A model generated the notes under the pieces. The model saw only the letters and a program-made list of their open reading frames with translations, was not told the origin of the DNA and did no database searches. Shown here piece after piece: positions 1 to 10,000 of a stretch of 64,000 nt of DNA. Origin of the DNA: Planctomycetota bacterium (GTDB lineage: Bacteria; Planctomycetota; UBA11346); the NCBI GenBank assembly GCA_014193115.1, contig BJHQ01000005.1, positions 50,982-114,981 of the forward strand, in the 5' to 3' direction. Each line of letters opens with the position of its first letter. Within the stretch, counting starts at the first letter, position 1. The position numbers were made by a program, and so were the translations under genes.

Positions 1-2
1 AG

Positions 3-452
3 GTCGCCAGCACCAAGCGCAGCTATGGCCAGGTCCGGGATCGCAGCCTGCCCCATCGCGTCGTCGTGCTCGGTCTGTGCCACCACGACGGCCGTTATCT
101 TGTGGCCAAACGTCCTGCCGACCGCCACGCCGGCGGGATGTGGGAACTGCCCGGAGGCAAGCGCGAGGTGGGTGAAGACGATCGCGTCGCATTGGCGAGG
201 GAATTAACTGAGGAACTTGGCGTCGAGCTGCTCGCCGCCCGCCACCTGATGCGCTACAGCTACAATTATCCTGATCGGGCTCTCACCTTTCAGGTCTATC
301 GCTGCCGCCTGTTCGATCCTCAGAACGCCCGGGCGTTGGACGGCCAAACCGACCTGCGCTGGGTCACGCCCCAGGGATTGCTCGCGCTGTCCTTCCCCCC
401 GGCCAATGCTGCGATCCTTGCCAGATTGCGCCGCTATCATCGGATTCTCTGA
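3..452 (+). CDS. NUDIX hydrolase (MutT-like); N-terminus unresolved or outside window
   Basis: Nudix box GGKREVGEDDRVALARELTEELGV (GX5EX7REUXEEXGU). The reading frame is open back to the window edge with no in-frame ATG upstream of VLGLCHHDG. Confidence 0.7.
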   Translation, partial: VASTKRSYGQVRDRSLPHRVVVLGLCHHDGRYLVAKRPADRHAGGMWELPGGKREVGEDDRVALARELTEELGVELLAARHLMRYSYNYPDRALTFQVYRCRLFDPQNARALDGQTDLRWVTPQGLLALSFPPANAAILARLRRYHRIL

Positions 453-469
453 TCCGCACCAATCACGAC

Positions 470-877
470 ATGATCGGAATACCCATGATCCGAAAAACCT
501 TCTCGCTGTACGCGCTGATCCTGATCATCGGCCTTACCGGCTGCATGGCGCGATCCGACGACTTCGTCGCCAGCCGGCTGTACCTTGGCCTCTCGAATAA
601 AGATGGGGAGATTTCCCAGGAGGATATCAGGGTTTTCACCGACCTTGAAGTGACGCCACGGTTCCCCGATGGCCTGACGATCTACCAGACCGAAGGCCGA
701 TGGCGGTCGAAAGATGGCACGATCGGCAAAGAGCGTTCCGTGGTCATCGAGATCATCCACCACGGCACCGCCGAGGATCACGCCCGCATCGAGCAGATCA
801 TCGACCGCTACAAGGCCCGTTTCCGCCAGGAATCCGTGCTGCTGGTGGTGACCCGGCCGACGGTCGAGTTCCGTTGA
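470..877 (+). CDS. DUF3574-family lipoprotein
   Basis: Signal peptide with lipobox LTGC. Conserved DUF3574-like segment YLGLS..GEISQEDIRVFTDLEVTPRFPDGLTIYQTEGRWRS...VVIEIIHHGTAEDHARIEQIIDRYKARFRQESVLLV. Confidence 0.6.
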   Translation: MIGIPMIRKTFSLYALILIIGLTGCMARSDDFVASRLYLGLSNKDGEISQEDIRVFTDLEVTPRFPDGLTIYQTEGRWRSKDGTIGKERSVVIEIIHHGTAEDHARIEQIIDRYKARFRQESVLLVVTRPTVEFR

Positions 878-1410
878 ACGTTCCGCCCGCCACCGGCGAC
901 CGCCGCTTTCAGCCGTATTATTGCGAGGAGAACATCTGGCATCTCGCCGCCGATCCGGCGCTGGGTGAGGGTGAGCGGGCAGCGTTGGTGATCAGTGGAA
1001 CCGGCGGGACCGTCGCGTTCTGGGAGCAACGTGCCGGGCCGGAGAACGGTCCGATCCTGTGGGATTACCACGTCGTGTTGCTGGCCAGCGGTCCGGCGTG
1101 GACCATTTGGGATTTTGATTGCCGCCGTGGCTGTCCGCTGCCTGCGGCGGCTTGGCTGGCAGCCTGTTTTCCATGCCCGGAACGGATCCGGTTGCGGTTT
1201 CAACCCAGATTCGCCTGGTTTTCAGCGGAGGACTGGCGAAACCGATTCAGCAGCGACCGTGCCCACATGCGCGATGCCGCTGGCGGTTGGCTGCAACCAC
1301 CGCCACCCTGGCCGGCAATCCAGGCAGGGGATCTGACACTGGACCTGGCCATCGCAGCAGCCCGCCAAGGATCCGACCTGCGCGGTCTTTCAGAACGCCT
1401 GCGAGTTTGA
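874..1410 (+). CDS. Protein N-terminal glutamine amidohydrolase homolog (Ntaq1/WDYHV1, Nt_Gln_amidase family); probable TTG start
   Basis: YYCEENIWHL matches eukaryotic CYCEENIWKL and GPILWDYHVVLL matches GPVIWDYHVVLL. SDRAHMRDAAGGWLQPPPPWP matches [21 protein letters not shown]. The Cys-His-Asp triad positions are conserved. Confidence 0.7.
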   Translation: MNVPPATGDRRFQPYYCEENIWHLAADPALGEGERAALVISGTGGTVAFWEQRAGPENGPILWDYHVVLLASGPAWTIWDFDCRRGCPLPAAAWLAACFPCPERIRLRFQPRFAWFSAEDWRNRFSSDRAHMRDAAGGWLQPPPPWPAIQAGDLTLDLAIAAARQGSDLRGLSERLRV

Positions 1411-1722
1411 CCAGATAGCGTACAGACGATCCGCGAGATGAAACGGTCATGATGCTCATCCTTGCCTGTCCAGGCTGGGCTTGAGCAAAGATACATCGCT
1501 TTCGCGTGGGCGGCAAATGTTCCATGATCGGTTGTGGCTCGCCACTGCTCACGTTCGATCCGTTTTGGCAAGGGACATGGCGTTCCTGGCCCAGGCATTT
1601 CGCCACAGCGCAAGCCGCTGATTTCCCTCGGCCAGGCCAGCATGACCACGAACCGGAGCGGAACCGGATCAACCGCCGGTTCTGCGCGATAGCCATTTCC
1701 CAAAGGTGGGTATGACCCATCC

Positions 1723-3524
1723 GTGCTTGCCGAGCCGCTTCCTGGGTTGAAGAACAGCGTCGCCCGCCCGAGTCGGCTCCGGATCGTGGATCTGCTGATG
1801 ATTCTGGGGATCATCGGTGTGGTGGTCGTTGCCATGTCCAGTCCTGGACATCCGGGCGGTGGTCCGGTCCAGCGCCAGGTCGCCATCGATCTGTCCTTCG
1901 CGGCGCTGCCCGGATACACCCTGGCATCGCTCCTGCGCGGCATGGCCGCCTATGCCATTTCGCTGGTTTTCACCTTGCTGGTCGGCTATTGGGCGGCGAA
2001 GCACGTAGCGTCCTCGCGGGTGCTGCTGCCGCTGCTCGACCTGTTGCAGAGCATCCCGGTGCTCGGATTCATGCCGGTGCTGGTGATCGGGTTGATCACG
2101 CTTTTCCCAGGATCGGACACCGGTCTCGAACTGGCGGCGATCCTGATGATCTTCACCGGGCAGGTGTGGAACATGACGTTCAGCTTCCACCAGAGCCTGA
2201 CTGCATTGCCCAGGGATCAGGTCGAAGCGGCGGAAGCCTTCCGCTTCGGCTGGTGGCGGAAGCTGCGTTGCCTGGAGCTGCCCTTCGCCACCACTGGCCT
2301 GGTCTGGAACAGCATGATGAGCATGGCCGGCGGCTGGTTCTTCCTGATGATCAGCGAATCATTTCGGCTCGGCGATCAGGACTTCAGGCTGCCTGGCATC
2401 GGGTCCTACATGAGCGTTGCCATGGAACGCGGTGATTGGACGGCGATGGTCGCCGGAGCGGCTGCCATGATCGTGATGATCGTGGTGCTCGACCAGCTGC
2501 TGTGGCGGCCGCTGGTGGTGTGGGCGGAACGGTTCCGGAGCGAGGAGTCATCGAGCGTCGTGGCGCAGCGATCGTGGGTCCTCGATCTGCTTCGGCGCTC
2601 GCGTCTCATCACCAGCATCCGCCATCTGCTGGCTCCGCGGAATCCGCAGGTTCCTGAGCGCAGCGGCCGGCCCGCTCTGCCGGTTCAGCCCACTGCGGCA
2701 CCCCAGCCTCGCTTCGGCCTGGCGGCCGTTCCGCCCGGACTAGCTGAGCGCATCGGCCAGTGGTTGGCCTGGGCCGGACTGGTGGTGCTGGTCGCCGCTC
2801 TGGTCTGGGGTTCTTGGGGTCTGATTGGACTGCTGGTGCAGGTCCCATGGAGCGATCCCGGCGAACGGCCAGAGGTCACTGGCTGGTCGGAGATCCTCGG
2901 CGGGACCGGCCTGACCGCACTGCGTGTCCTCGGCACCGTCGTCTTGGGCACGCTCTGGGCCCTGCCGGCCTGGCCATCGGCCGGTCGCCGCGCTGGTCGC
3001 AGTTCCTGCAGCCGGTGGTGCAGGTCGCCGCGTCTTTCCCCGCGCCGATGTTGTTCCCGCTCTGCCTGCTCGCATTCAGGGCCATCGGCCTGCCCCTCGG
3101 GGTCGGGTCGATGCTGCTCATGCTGATGGGCACCCAGTGGTACATCCTGTTCAATGTCATTGCCGGATCCCAGGGCATCCCATCGGATCTGCGGGAATCG
3201 GCCGCATCCTTCCGGTTCAGCCGGTGGCGGCGCTTCTGGACCTTGGAGGTCCCCGCGGTGTTCCCGAACCTGGTTACCGGCTGGGTCACCGCCGCCGGCG
3301 GTGCGTGGAACGCCTCGATCGTCGCTGAATACCTGACCTGGCACGGCGTGGTCACGTCGACGGTGGGCATCGGATCGACCATCAGCCAGGCGACCGCGCA
3401 TGGCGACCATCCCGGGCTGGCTGCCGCAGTGACCTGCATGGCGGTGGTGGTGGTTGCCATCAACAACACCTTGTGGCATCGCCTGTCCGCCCTCGCCAGC
3501 AACAGCTTTTCCCTGAGCAAATGA
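1723..3524 (+). CDS. Fused tandem ABC permease (NitT/TauT family, two BPD_transp_1 domains), interrupted by an apparent -1 frameshift near 2960-2970
   Basis: Two EAA loops: EAAEAFRFGWWRKLRCLELPFA and LRESAASFRFSRWRRFWTLEVPAVFP. Frame 1 reads ...VLGTLWALPA and frame 0 continues GLAIGRSPRWSQFLQPVVQVAASFPAPMLFPL, a typical permease segment. One missing base in ccggcc joins them. Confidence 0.7.
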
Positions 3525-3525
3525 G

Positions 3526-5319
3526 GTGACCGTGGCGATTCCCGATTCGGGCCAGAACCTGTGCGAGGTGGTCGGCGTCTCCCACGAGTTCCGGCAACCC
3601 AATGGCAGCCCGCTCACGGTGCTGCGCGACATCACCCTCGGGATTCGTCCGCGCGAGGTCATCGCCCTGCTCGGCCCGTCGGGCTGCGGCAAATCGACCC
3701 TGCTGCGGATCCTCGCCGGGCTGATCCAGCCGACCCAGGGAACCGTGCTCTATCGCGGAGCTCCCTTTCCCGGGATCAACCCCGGGATGGCGCTAGTCTT
3801 CCAGAGTTTCGCGTTGTTCCCGTGGTTGACGGTGGCTGAGAACATCCGCACGGTCCTGGAGGCTGCCGGCCTGACGCCGGGCGACTGCGCGGAACGGGCG
3901 GCCCATGCGATCAAGCAGGTCGGTCTGATCGGGTTTTCCGGCGCCTATCCCCGGGAACTTTCCGGCGGGATGAAGCAACGGGTGGGCGTCGCCCGGGCCA
4001 TCGCCCTGGATCCGGAAATCCTGTTCCTGGACGAGCCGTTCTGCCATGTCGACGCCCTGACCGCTGAAGGGCTGCGGGCCGAGGTCCTCGATCTGTGGGC
4101 GGCGCCCGGCGGCAATCCGTCTTCGATCCTGGTGGTCAGCCACGACATCGCCGAGGTCGTGCAGATGGCCGACCGCATCGTGCTGCTTGGGGCCAATCCT
4201 GGCCAGGTCCGGCAGATCGTGGCCAATCCCCTGCCCAGGCCACGGGATCTGCGCTCGGCTGCCGCTCAGCAGCTGATCGATCGCATGCATGACCTGATCA
4301 CCGGTCATGAACTGCCCGACCAGCAGCCCGACCAGACCGTGCTGGCGGCGAAGCCTGACCGCTTGGCGTCCCTGCCCTCTGTCCGCGCCAACCAGGTGAT
4401 GGGTCTGCTGGAGATGCTCGACTCGCGGGGTGGTACCGAGGATCTGTTCCGCTTGATCAAGGACACCGGCCACGAGTTCGGATCCTTGATCCAGGTGGTG
4501 AAGGCGGCGGAGCTGCTCGGCTGCGTCACCACTCCGAAGCGCCAGGTGGTGCTGAACGATGACGGCCGGAACCTGGTCCGCGCCGACCTGCCGCATCGGC
4601 CTGCGTTGTGGCGTGCCTGCCTCGAAAAGGTGGCCATCATCAACCAGATGGTCGAATTGGTGCGGCAACGCGGAGCAGTAGGCCTGAGCCGAGAGGTGCT
4701 GGTCGAAGCGCTGATCCTGGCCCTGCCGGGCGAGGACTATGACCAGCAGTTCGCCACCTTGATCGCCTGGTGCCGGATCGGCGAGCTGCTGAATTATGAG
4801 AGGAAAAACGGTGTCGTCTCGATCGCCACACCGACACGCCACATGCAGATTCCCCGGATCGACCTCGCCCCGTACCTGGATCCGCGGCGGATCCTGCTGA
4901 TGGAAGGCCAGCCAGCCAAGGCCGATGTGCTCGTTCGCCTGGCCGGTCTGTTCGCCACTTCGCCGGCGGTCGGCGATGGGCCAGCCTTCTCTGCCGCAGT
5001 CATGTCCCGCGAGGCCCTGGCCAATACCGGTGCCGGCCACCGCGTGGCGCTGCCCCACGCCCAGCTCGATTCGATCAGCGAGGTCGTGGCCGCCATCGCG
5101 GTGATCCGCGCCGGATGCGATTTCGCTGCAGCCGACGGCCAGACCGTGCAGGTCGTGGCAATGATCGCCGCACCGACCCGGGATCGGCCACGCTATTTGA
5201 AATTGCTGTCGGCGATCGCTGCCAGGCTCAGCCAGGAGGAGGTGCGTGAGCGGATCGTGCAGGCCAAGCATCCGGATCAGGTGATCGCGGCGATGGTTGA
5301 TCACGCAGTCCCTGGGTGA
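3526..5319 (+). CDS. ABC transporter ATP-binding protein (NitT/TauT-type) with a C-terminal AAA-associated-like middle domain and a PTS EIIA-2 (IIA-Ntr-like) domain
   Basis: GTG start with GAGG RBS. Walker A GPSGCGKST, signature LSGGMKQRV, Walker B ILFLDEP. C-terminal GHRVALPHAQLDS...VQVVAMIAAPTRDRPRYLKLLSAIAARL resembles PTS_EIIA_2 and retains the PH histidine. Confidence 0.75.
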   Translation: MTVAIPDSGQNLCEVVGVSHEFRQPNGSPLTVLRDITLGIRPREVIALLGPSGCGKSTLLRILAGLIQPTQGTVLYRGAPFPGINPGMALVFQSFALFPWLTVAENIRTVLEAAGLTPGDCAERAAHAIKQVGLIGFSGAYPRELSGGMKQRVGVARAIALDPEILFLDEPFCHVDALTAEGLRAEVLDLWAAPGGNPSSILVVSHDIAEVVQMADRIVLLGANPGQVRQIVANPLPRPRDLRSAAAQQLIDRMHDLITGHELPDQQPDQTVLAAKPDRLASLPSVRANQVMGLLEMLDSRGGTEDLFRLIKDTGHEFGSLIQVVKAAELLGCVTTPKRQVVLNDDGRNLVRADLPHRPALWRACLEKVAIINQMVELVRQRGAVGLSREVLVEALILALPGEDYDQQFATLIAWCRIGELLNYERKNGVVSIATPTRHMQIPRIDLAPYLDPRRILLMEGQPAKADVLVRLAGLFATSPAVGDGPAFSAAVMSREALANTGAGHRVALPHAQLDSISEVVAAIAVIRAGCDFAAADGQTVQVVAMIAAPTRDRPRYLKLLSAIAARLSQEEVRERIVQAKHPDQVIAAMVDHAVPG

Positions 5320-5420
5320 GCGGCCTCCCTGCAAATAATCTTGAAAAAGAGTTGGCGGTGGGACGCAGGCCTTGATCGGTCCAGAACCTTGGGGAACTAG
5401 CGCTTGCCCGGGTCCGCGCA

Positions 5421-6800
5421 TTGCCTATCGCCAACGCCGTGGACCAGAACACGCCGATTCCTTGCGGGCCGCCAGGTCTCGACCAGCTGCTGGCGCGGCT
5501 GGGATCGCAGCCGCAGGAGCAGGACTGGGCCGAACTCGTCCGGTGCATGGCCAAGCCGGTGCACACGGTGGCCTTTCGGATCTGCGGCGATGCGAGCTTG
5601 GCGGAGGATGTCTCCCAGGAGACCTTCCTGGCGGTGGCCCGGGCCCTGCCCCGCTACCGCAGCCAGGGCGATCTCCAGGCCAGAGCCTGGATCATGCGCA
5701 TCGCCGCCAATCGGGCGATCTCCATCACCGGGCGGCAGCCGCGGCATCGGCGCATCTTCACTGACGATCTCGCAGCGGCCGGTCCTGACGCGCCGTCAGG
5801 GGAGCTGCTCGACGCGGTGCGCAGCGAGATCTGCGACCTGCCAGACCGGTACCGGCTGCCTATCGTCCTGCGTTTCCTCGACGGCAGGAATTACGGAGAG
5901 ATCGCCAGCGTCCTGACCTGGACCGAGGCGCGGGCGCGAAAAGCCGTGGAACGCGGCTTGGACCTGTTGCGCAGCCGGCTGGCGCGCCGGGGCGTCCCGG
6001 CGTCACTGGCGCTGTGCGCGGCGTGGTGCAGCCAAGCAGGCGCGAGCGAGCCTCCGACGCCCCTGGCTTTGACCGGCGCCCTCGCCCGCCGGCCGGAGGT
6101 CACCGCCTGGCCGTTGACCAGCTCAGTCTTTGGCGCAGTCATCGGCTCGGCCATCGTCGCCGTCCTGGCGACGACGGTGGCGATCATCACGACCAGCAAT
6201 CCCAGCGCGGCGCCAAGCTCCACCACGGTAGGCACCCCGGCCCTCGAACGCTTTATCGCGGCGTTCCGGGCTGATCATCCTGCGACGCGGCGGCGCGACA
6301 CCCTGGAGCGGTTTGAGGCTGGAACTTGGCAGATGGAGGGTCCATGGCGAACGCTTGGCGATGGGACAGCCGCCATCGATCTGCCCGCGAGCAAGGATTG
6401 GACCGAGGCTCGGCTGGTCCTCGACCTCCCGCTCGACCTGGAACACGGCAACGCTCAATTGCTGGCGATCCGATGCGACCAAGCGGTTGAGGATGGTCGA
6501 TTCGCCATTGGGCTAGCCGGATTCGTCGCAAACAAGCAGGTGTTCGACTACCAGGTGGGCCGGGGCGATCGCCAAGCCGCCGAGTCGTTCTCTCGTGTTG
6601 CCGGAAAACTGGCGATGGCGATCCGGATCGACCGGCAAGGAGCGAGGCTCCTGGTGGATGAACGGAGCGATCTGCCCACCCGCAGTCTCGCCGAGCTTGG
6701 GGTATCTGCCGATCGCATCCGCCTGGGCGTGGTGGTTGCCGCCCGTGGCGCCGCCGTCGCCGGGCACATTCAGGTGGTGCAGATCCTGACCGCGCCGTAA
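5421..6800 (+). CDS. ECF (sigma-70 family) sigma factor fused to a C-terminal transmembrane helix and a ~230-aa extracytoplasmic domain
   Basis: Sigma region 2 (ETFLAVARALPRYRSQGDLQARAWIMRIAANRAIS) and region 4 HTH (YGEIASVLTWTEARARKAVERGLDLL). A TM helix VFGAVIGSAIVAVLATTVAIITT follows. The ORF runs a further ~230 aa with no stop. Confidence 0.65.
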   Translation: MPIANAVDQNTPIPCGPPGLDQLLARLGSQPQEQDWAELVRCMAKPVHTVAFRICGDASLAEDVSQETFLAVARALPRYRSQGDLQARAWIMRIAANRAISITGRQPRHRRIFTDDLAAAGPDAPSGELLDAVRSEICDLPDRYRLPIVLRFLDGRNYGEIASVLTWTEARARKAVERGLDLLRSRLARRGVPASLALCAAWCSQAGASEPPTPLALTGALARRPEVTAWPLTSSVFGAVIGSAIVAVLATTVAIITTSNPSAAPSSTTVGTPALERFIAAFRADHPATRRRDTLERFEAGTWQMEGPWRTLGDGTAAIDLPASKDWTEARLVLDLPLDLEHGNAQLLAIRCDQAVEDGRFAIGLAGFVANKQVFDYQVGRGDRQAAESFSRVAGKLAMAIRIDRQGARLLVDERSDLPTRSLAELGVSADRIRLGVVVAARGAAVAGHIQVVQILTAP

Positions 6801-7055
6801 GTCGATTTGGATGACGCAGTTGGAGAACTGCCAAGGCGCCAAACGTCACACGGAAGAAGGCTGAAGGCAGCGCCATCCGCACCTGGTCAGTCCTCCAGCC
6901 AGCGGAGCCTTTCCCAGGTTTTTCCTGATGTCTTGGCGTCTTGGCGGTTCATCTGCTGGCTCGCGGCGTAACCTGTTTAGTGTTTGAGACACCCGGTTGC
7001 GATGCCTGGGCTTGGCCGTCACGCCGACCCGGCCTCCAGGGATTGAGCATCCTGA

Positions 7056-10000
7056 ATGGAGCTCCCCATGCGACTGAGCCGTTTTCCGGTTTGGATCTAC
7101 CTCGTATTTGCCCTGGCCCTGATGGCGGCGATCCCTGCGGTGGAGACCGTCCCCTTTGGTACGGGCCGACTGATCGGCGACGTCGGAGTCGACGGCGTCC
7201 GCCTCGACTGGAACCTCGCGGCGGAAGGGGGCTATCTGGTCGAACGGCGCTCGGATGGCCGGTTCGTGGAGGTTGCTCGGCTTCCCGCCGGTGCCACCGG
7301 AATGACCGATCCGGTTCGCTTCGGGCAGTTCCGCTGGCGGGTCACAGCACTCGATCGCCGTGGTCGGCCAGAGTCGCGATCGGCCGAGCTGGTGCTGGCT
7401 GTGGAGGTGGTGCAGCGGGATGCAGGCGGAACCGTGCTGCGCTACGGCGATACGCCCAGATCAGATCTGGTTGGCGCCACTGCGTCGCCGCTGGCCGCTG
7501 CGGGGCTCACCGACCCGGCCGTTGCTCAAGCCAATGCCGTCACTTTGAGCGGCGATTACCGCATCGACGCCCTGCTCGGCGATGCCCTGCAACCTGGATT
7601 TACGCCGGTGTCCGATCTGAAATTCGCCTTCTCCACCGCCCCCGGCACCGTCCCCAGCGAAGGGATCAAGGCGAATTACCGCCTGATCTTCGCACGGTTG
7701 GCCCAGATCATCCCAGTCACTTGCACCGAGGTCGCCACCGGCGGCAACATCCTCATCAAACTCGCCCCGGTCGGCTATGGGATGGCAGGCCCCGGCCTGG
7801 TCATGCTCAACGCGAGCTACGACCGCACCGGCGACACCAATGGCTTTCGCAATCCGCCAGGATCCCACGGCTTCCAGGCCCTGGTCCATGAACTCGGGCA
7901 CGCCCTTGGGCTCAAGCATCCCTTCGACGGCAACATCCACCTTCCTCCGGCCGAGGATACCCAGGCGCACACGGTGATGACCTACAATTTCTCCGCCAAT
8001 GAACCCGGGACGTTCATGCCCTACGATATCCTGGCGCTGCAATACCTGTACGGGAGGCCGACCGCCGGGACCGGGGGCACCTATGCCTTCTCGACCCCGT
8101 GGACCTATCAGCGCAACGGGCAGACCTGGTTCGCAACGACCTGGACCACCCGCCAATGCCTCTGGGGGACCGGGGCAGACGTGCTCGATTTTTCTGGACT
8201 GGCGGCAGGGTCCTACCGGTTCGATCTCAATCCCGGAGGCCGCCTGGGAACCACCGGTGCGGTATCGGCAAGCACCTTCACCAACGGCACGGTTCTGGCC
8301 TACGGTTCATCGTTTCCGGCCATCGTCACCTCCATCGGCAATGACGAGGTGACGCTGAGCAGCCCAGCCAATCTGATCAGGGGCTATGTCGCCGGACGCA
8401 CGTGCGGGGCCGACCGCATGCTCAGCGGTCGTCCGGACGATCGCCTCGACCTGTCGGCCTTTCCCCGCAGTGCGGTGCAACGGACTCGTCAGGGCGACGA
8501 CCTGCGCCTCGACCTGCCGAGCGGGATCGGTTCGATCACCATACCCGGGTTCTATGCCGCGGGCTGGATCCAGGTGGTCTATGCCGACAGCCATCCGCCG
8601 GTGGCCTCCAGCCAGGATTTGCAGGCGATCGAGAACCTGGCGCTGCCGATCACCCTGGCCGCCAGCGATGCGGATGGAGACGCACTGGCTTGGACGGTGC
8701 AGGCGCCAGCACGGGGCCGCCTGCTCGGGACGGCGCCTTCGCTGATCTATCTGCCGCCGGCCAATTGGACTGGAACCGACACGGTCGCGTTTTTCGTGAA
8801 CGATGGCAAGGAAACGTCGAACACTGCCCAGGTGTCGATTGCCGTCCGTGCACCTGGCGTTACCCCGACCGTGGAAGCCGGACCCGACCGCTCCACCAAC
8901 CGCTTCACGCCCATCACCCTGTCCGGCACCGCCACCGACGCATCGGGTCAGGCGCTGTCGCTGACCTGGTCCCAGGACTCCGGCCCTGAAAAGACGGTGT
9001 TCACCAGCCCGGTTGGCGGGTCGGTGACCGCCGCTTTCACCGCGGTCGGCACCTACCAGCTGCGCCTGAGCGCCACCAATGGCACCGCTACTGCCAGCGA
9101 CACCACCACCGTCACCGTGGTTCCCAGCCAAAATCCCGGGGTCGTTTCGTTCACCGCCGCGACCGTTGCGGTGCGCGAAGCCTCCGGACGGGTCACGGTC
9201 ACCGTCCAACGCACTGGTGGGGATCACGGCCAAGCGTCGATCTCATGGAGGACGGTGGCGATCACGGCCACCGAAGAAGATTACATGCGCGGCGTTGGTG
9301 GCATCGTCAGCTGGAATGACCAGGATGACGAGACCCAACAGATTGACCTCTCCATCTACGACAACCTTCTCGTCGATGGTCCGCGTACCTTCCGGTTTGA
9401 ACTCTATCGGCCCACCGGCGGGGTCGTGCTCGGATCACCGGCAACCCTGCTGGCGACCATCGTCGATGATGACGGGGTCAACCGGCCGCCGACCGCCACG
9501 TCGGCGAGCGGGAGCGTGGTTCAAGACGGCTCCCTGCCCTTGGTGCTGACCGCATCCGATCCGGACAACGACCCGTTGAGCTGGACGGTTCAAGCTCCGG
9601 CCCACGGCGTCCTTGCGGGCACTGCGCCGCATCTGACGTACACCCCGGACAGTGGCTACCGCGGCACGGATGCCGTGGTCTTCAGAGTTTCCGATACCCG
9701 GGCCCAATCGCCCAGCGCGACCGTGGCCATCACCGTGCAGGCGGTGAACCGTCCGCCCAGGCCAAGCGCCGGTCCCGACCGGAAGCTGGTCCTGCCCGCC
9801 TCCATCGTCCTGGCCGGAGGCGGCTCTGATCCGGATGGGGATTCGCTGGCGTGGTCGTGGACCAAGGTCAGCGGGCCAAGCGCGCTCACCATTGCCAGCC
9901 CGACCGATCCGCAGTCGTCGGCCACATTCGCCGGCGCCGGTACCTACCGGCTCCGCCTGGCCGCCTCCGACGGCACCGCCACCGTCGCCGACGAGGTCGT

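Noticed and set aside
2685-3692. 335-aa minus-strand ORF and several other ORFs overlapping the permease gene
   Set aside because: Antisense or overlapping frames inside the fused ABC permease. Their sequence is Arg/Pro-rich and low-complexity with no domain signal.
5386-5420. ECF-type promoter GGAAC-N-GTC just upstream of the sigma fusion gene
   Set aside because: The spacing (~14 nt) is short and the -10 element is weak. It would also leave almost no 5'UTR. It is kept only as a remark within the sigma-fusion finding.
3793-5421. 542-aa minus-strand ORF
   Set aside because: It is entirely antisense to the ABC ATPase gene, which has canonical Walker, signature and EIIA motifs. This is a typical GC-rich antisense artefact.
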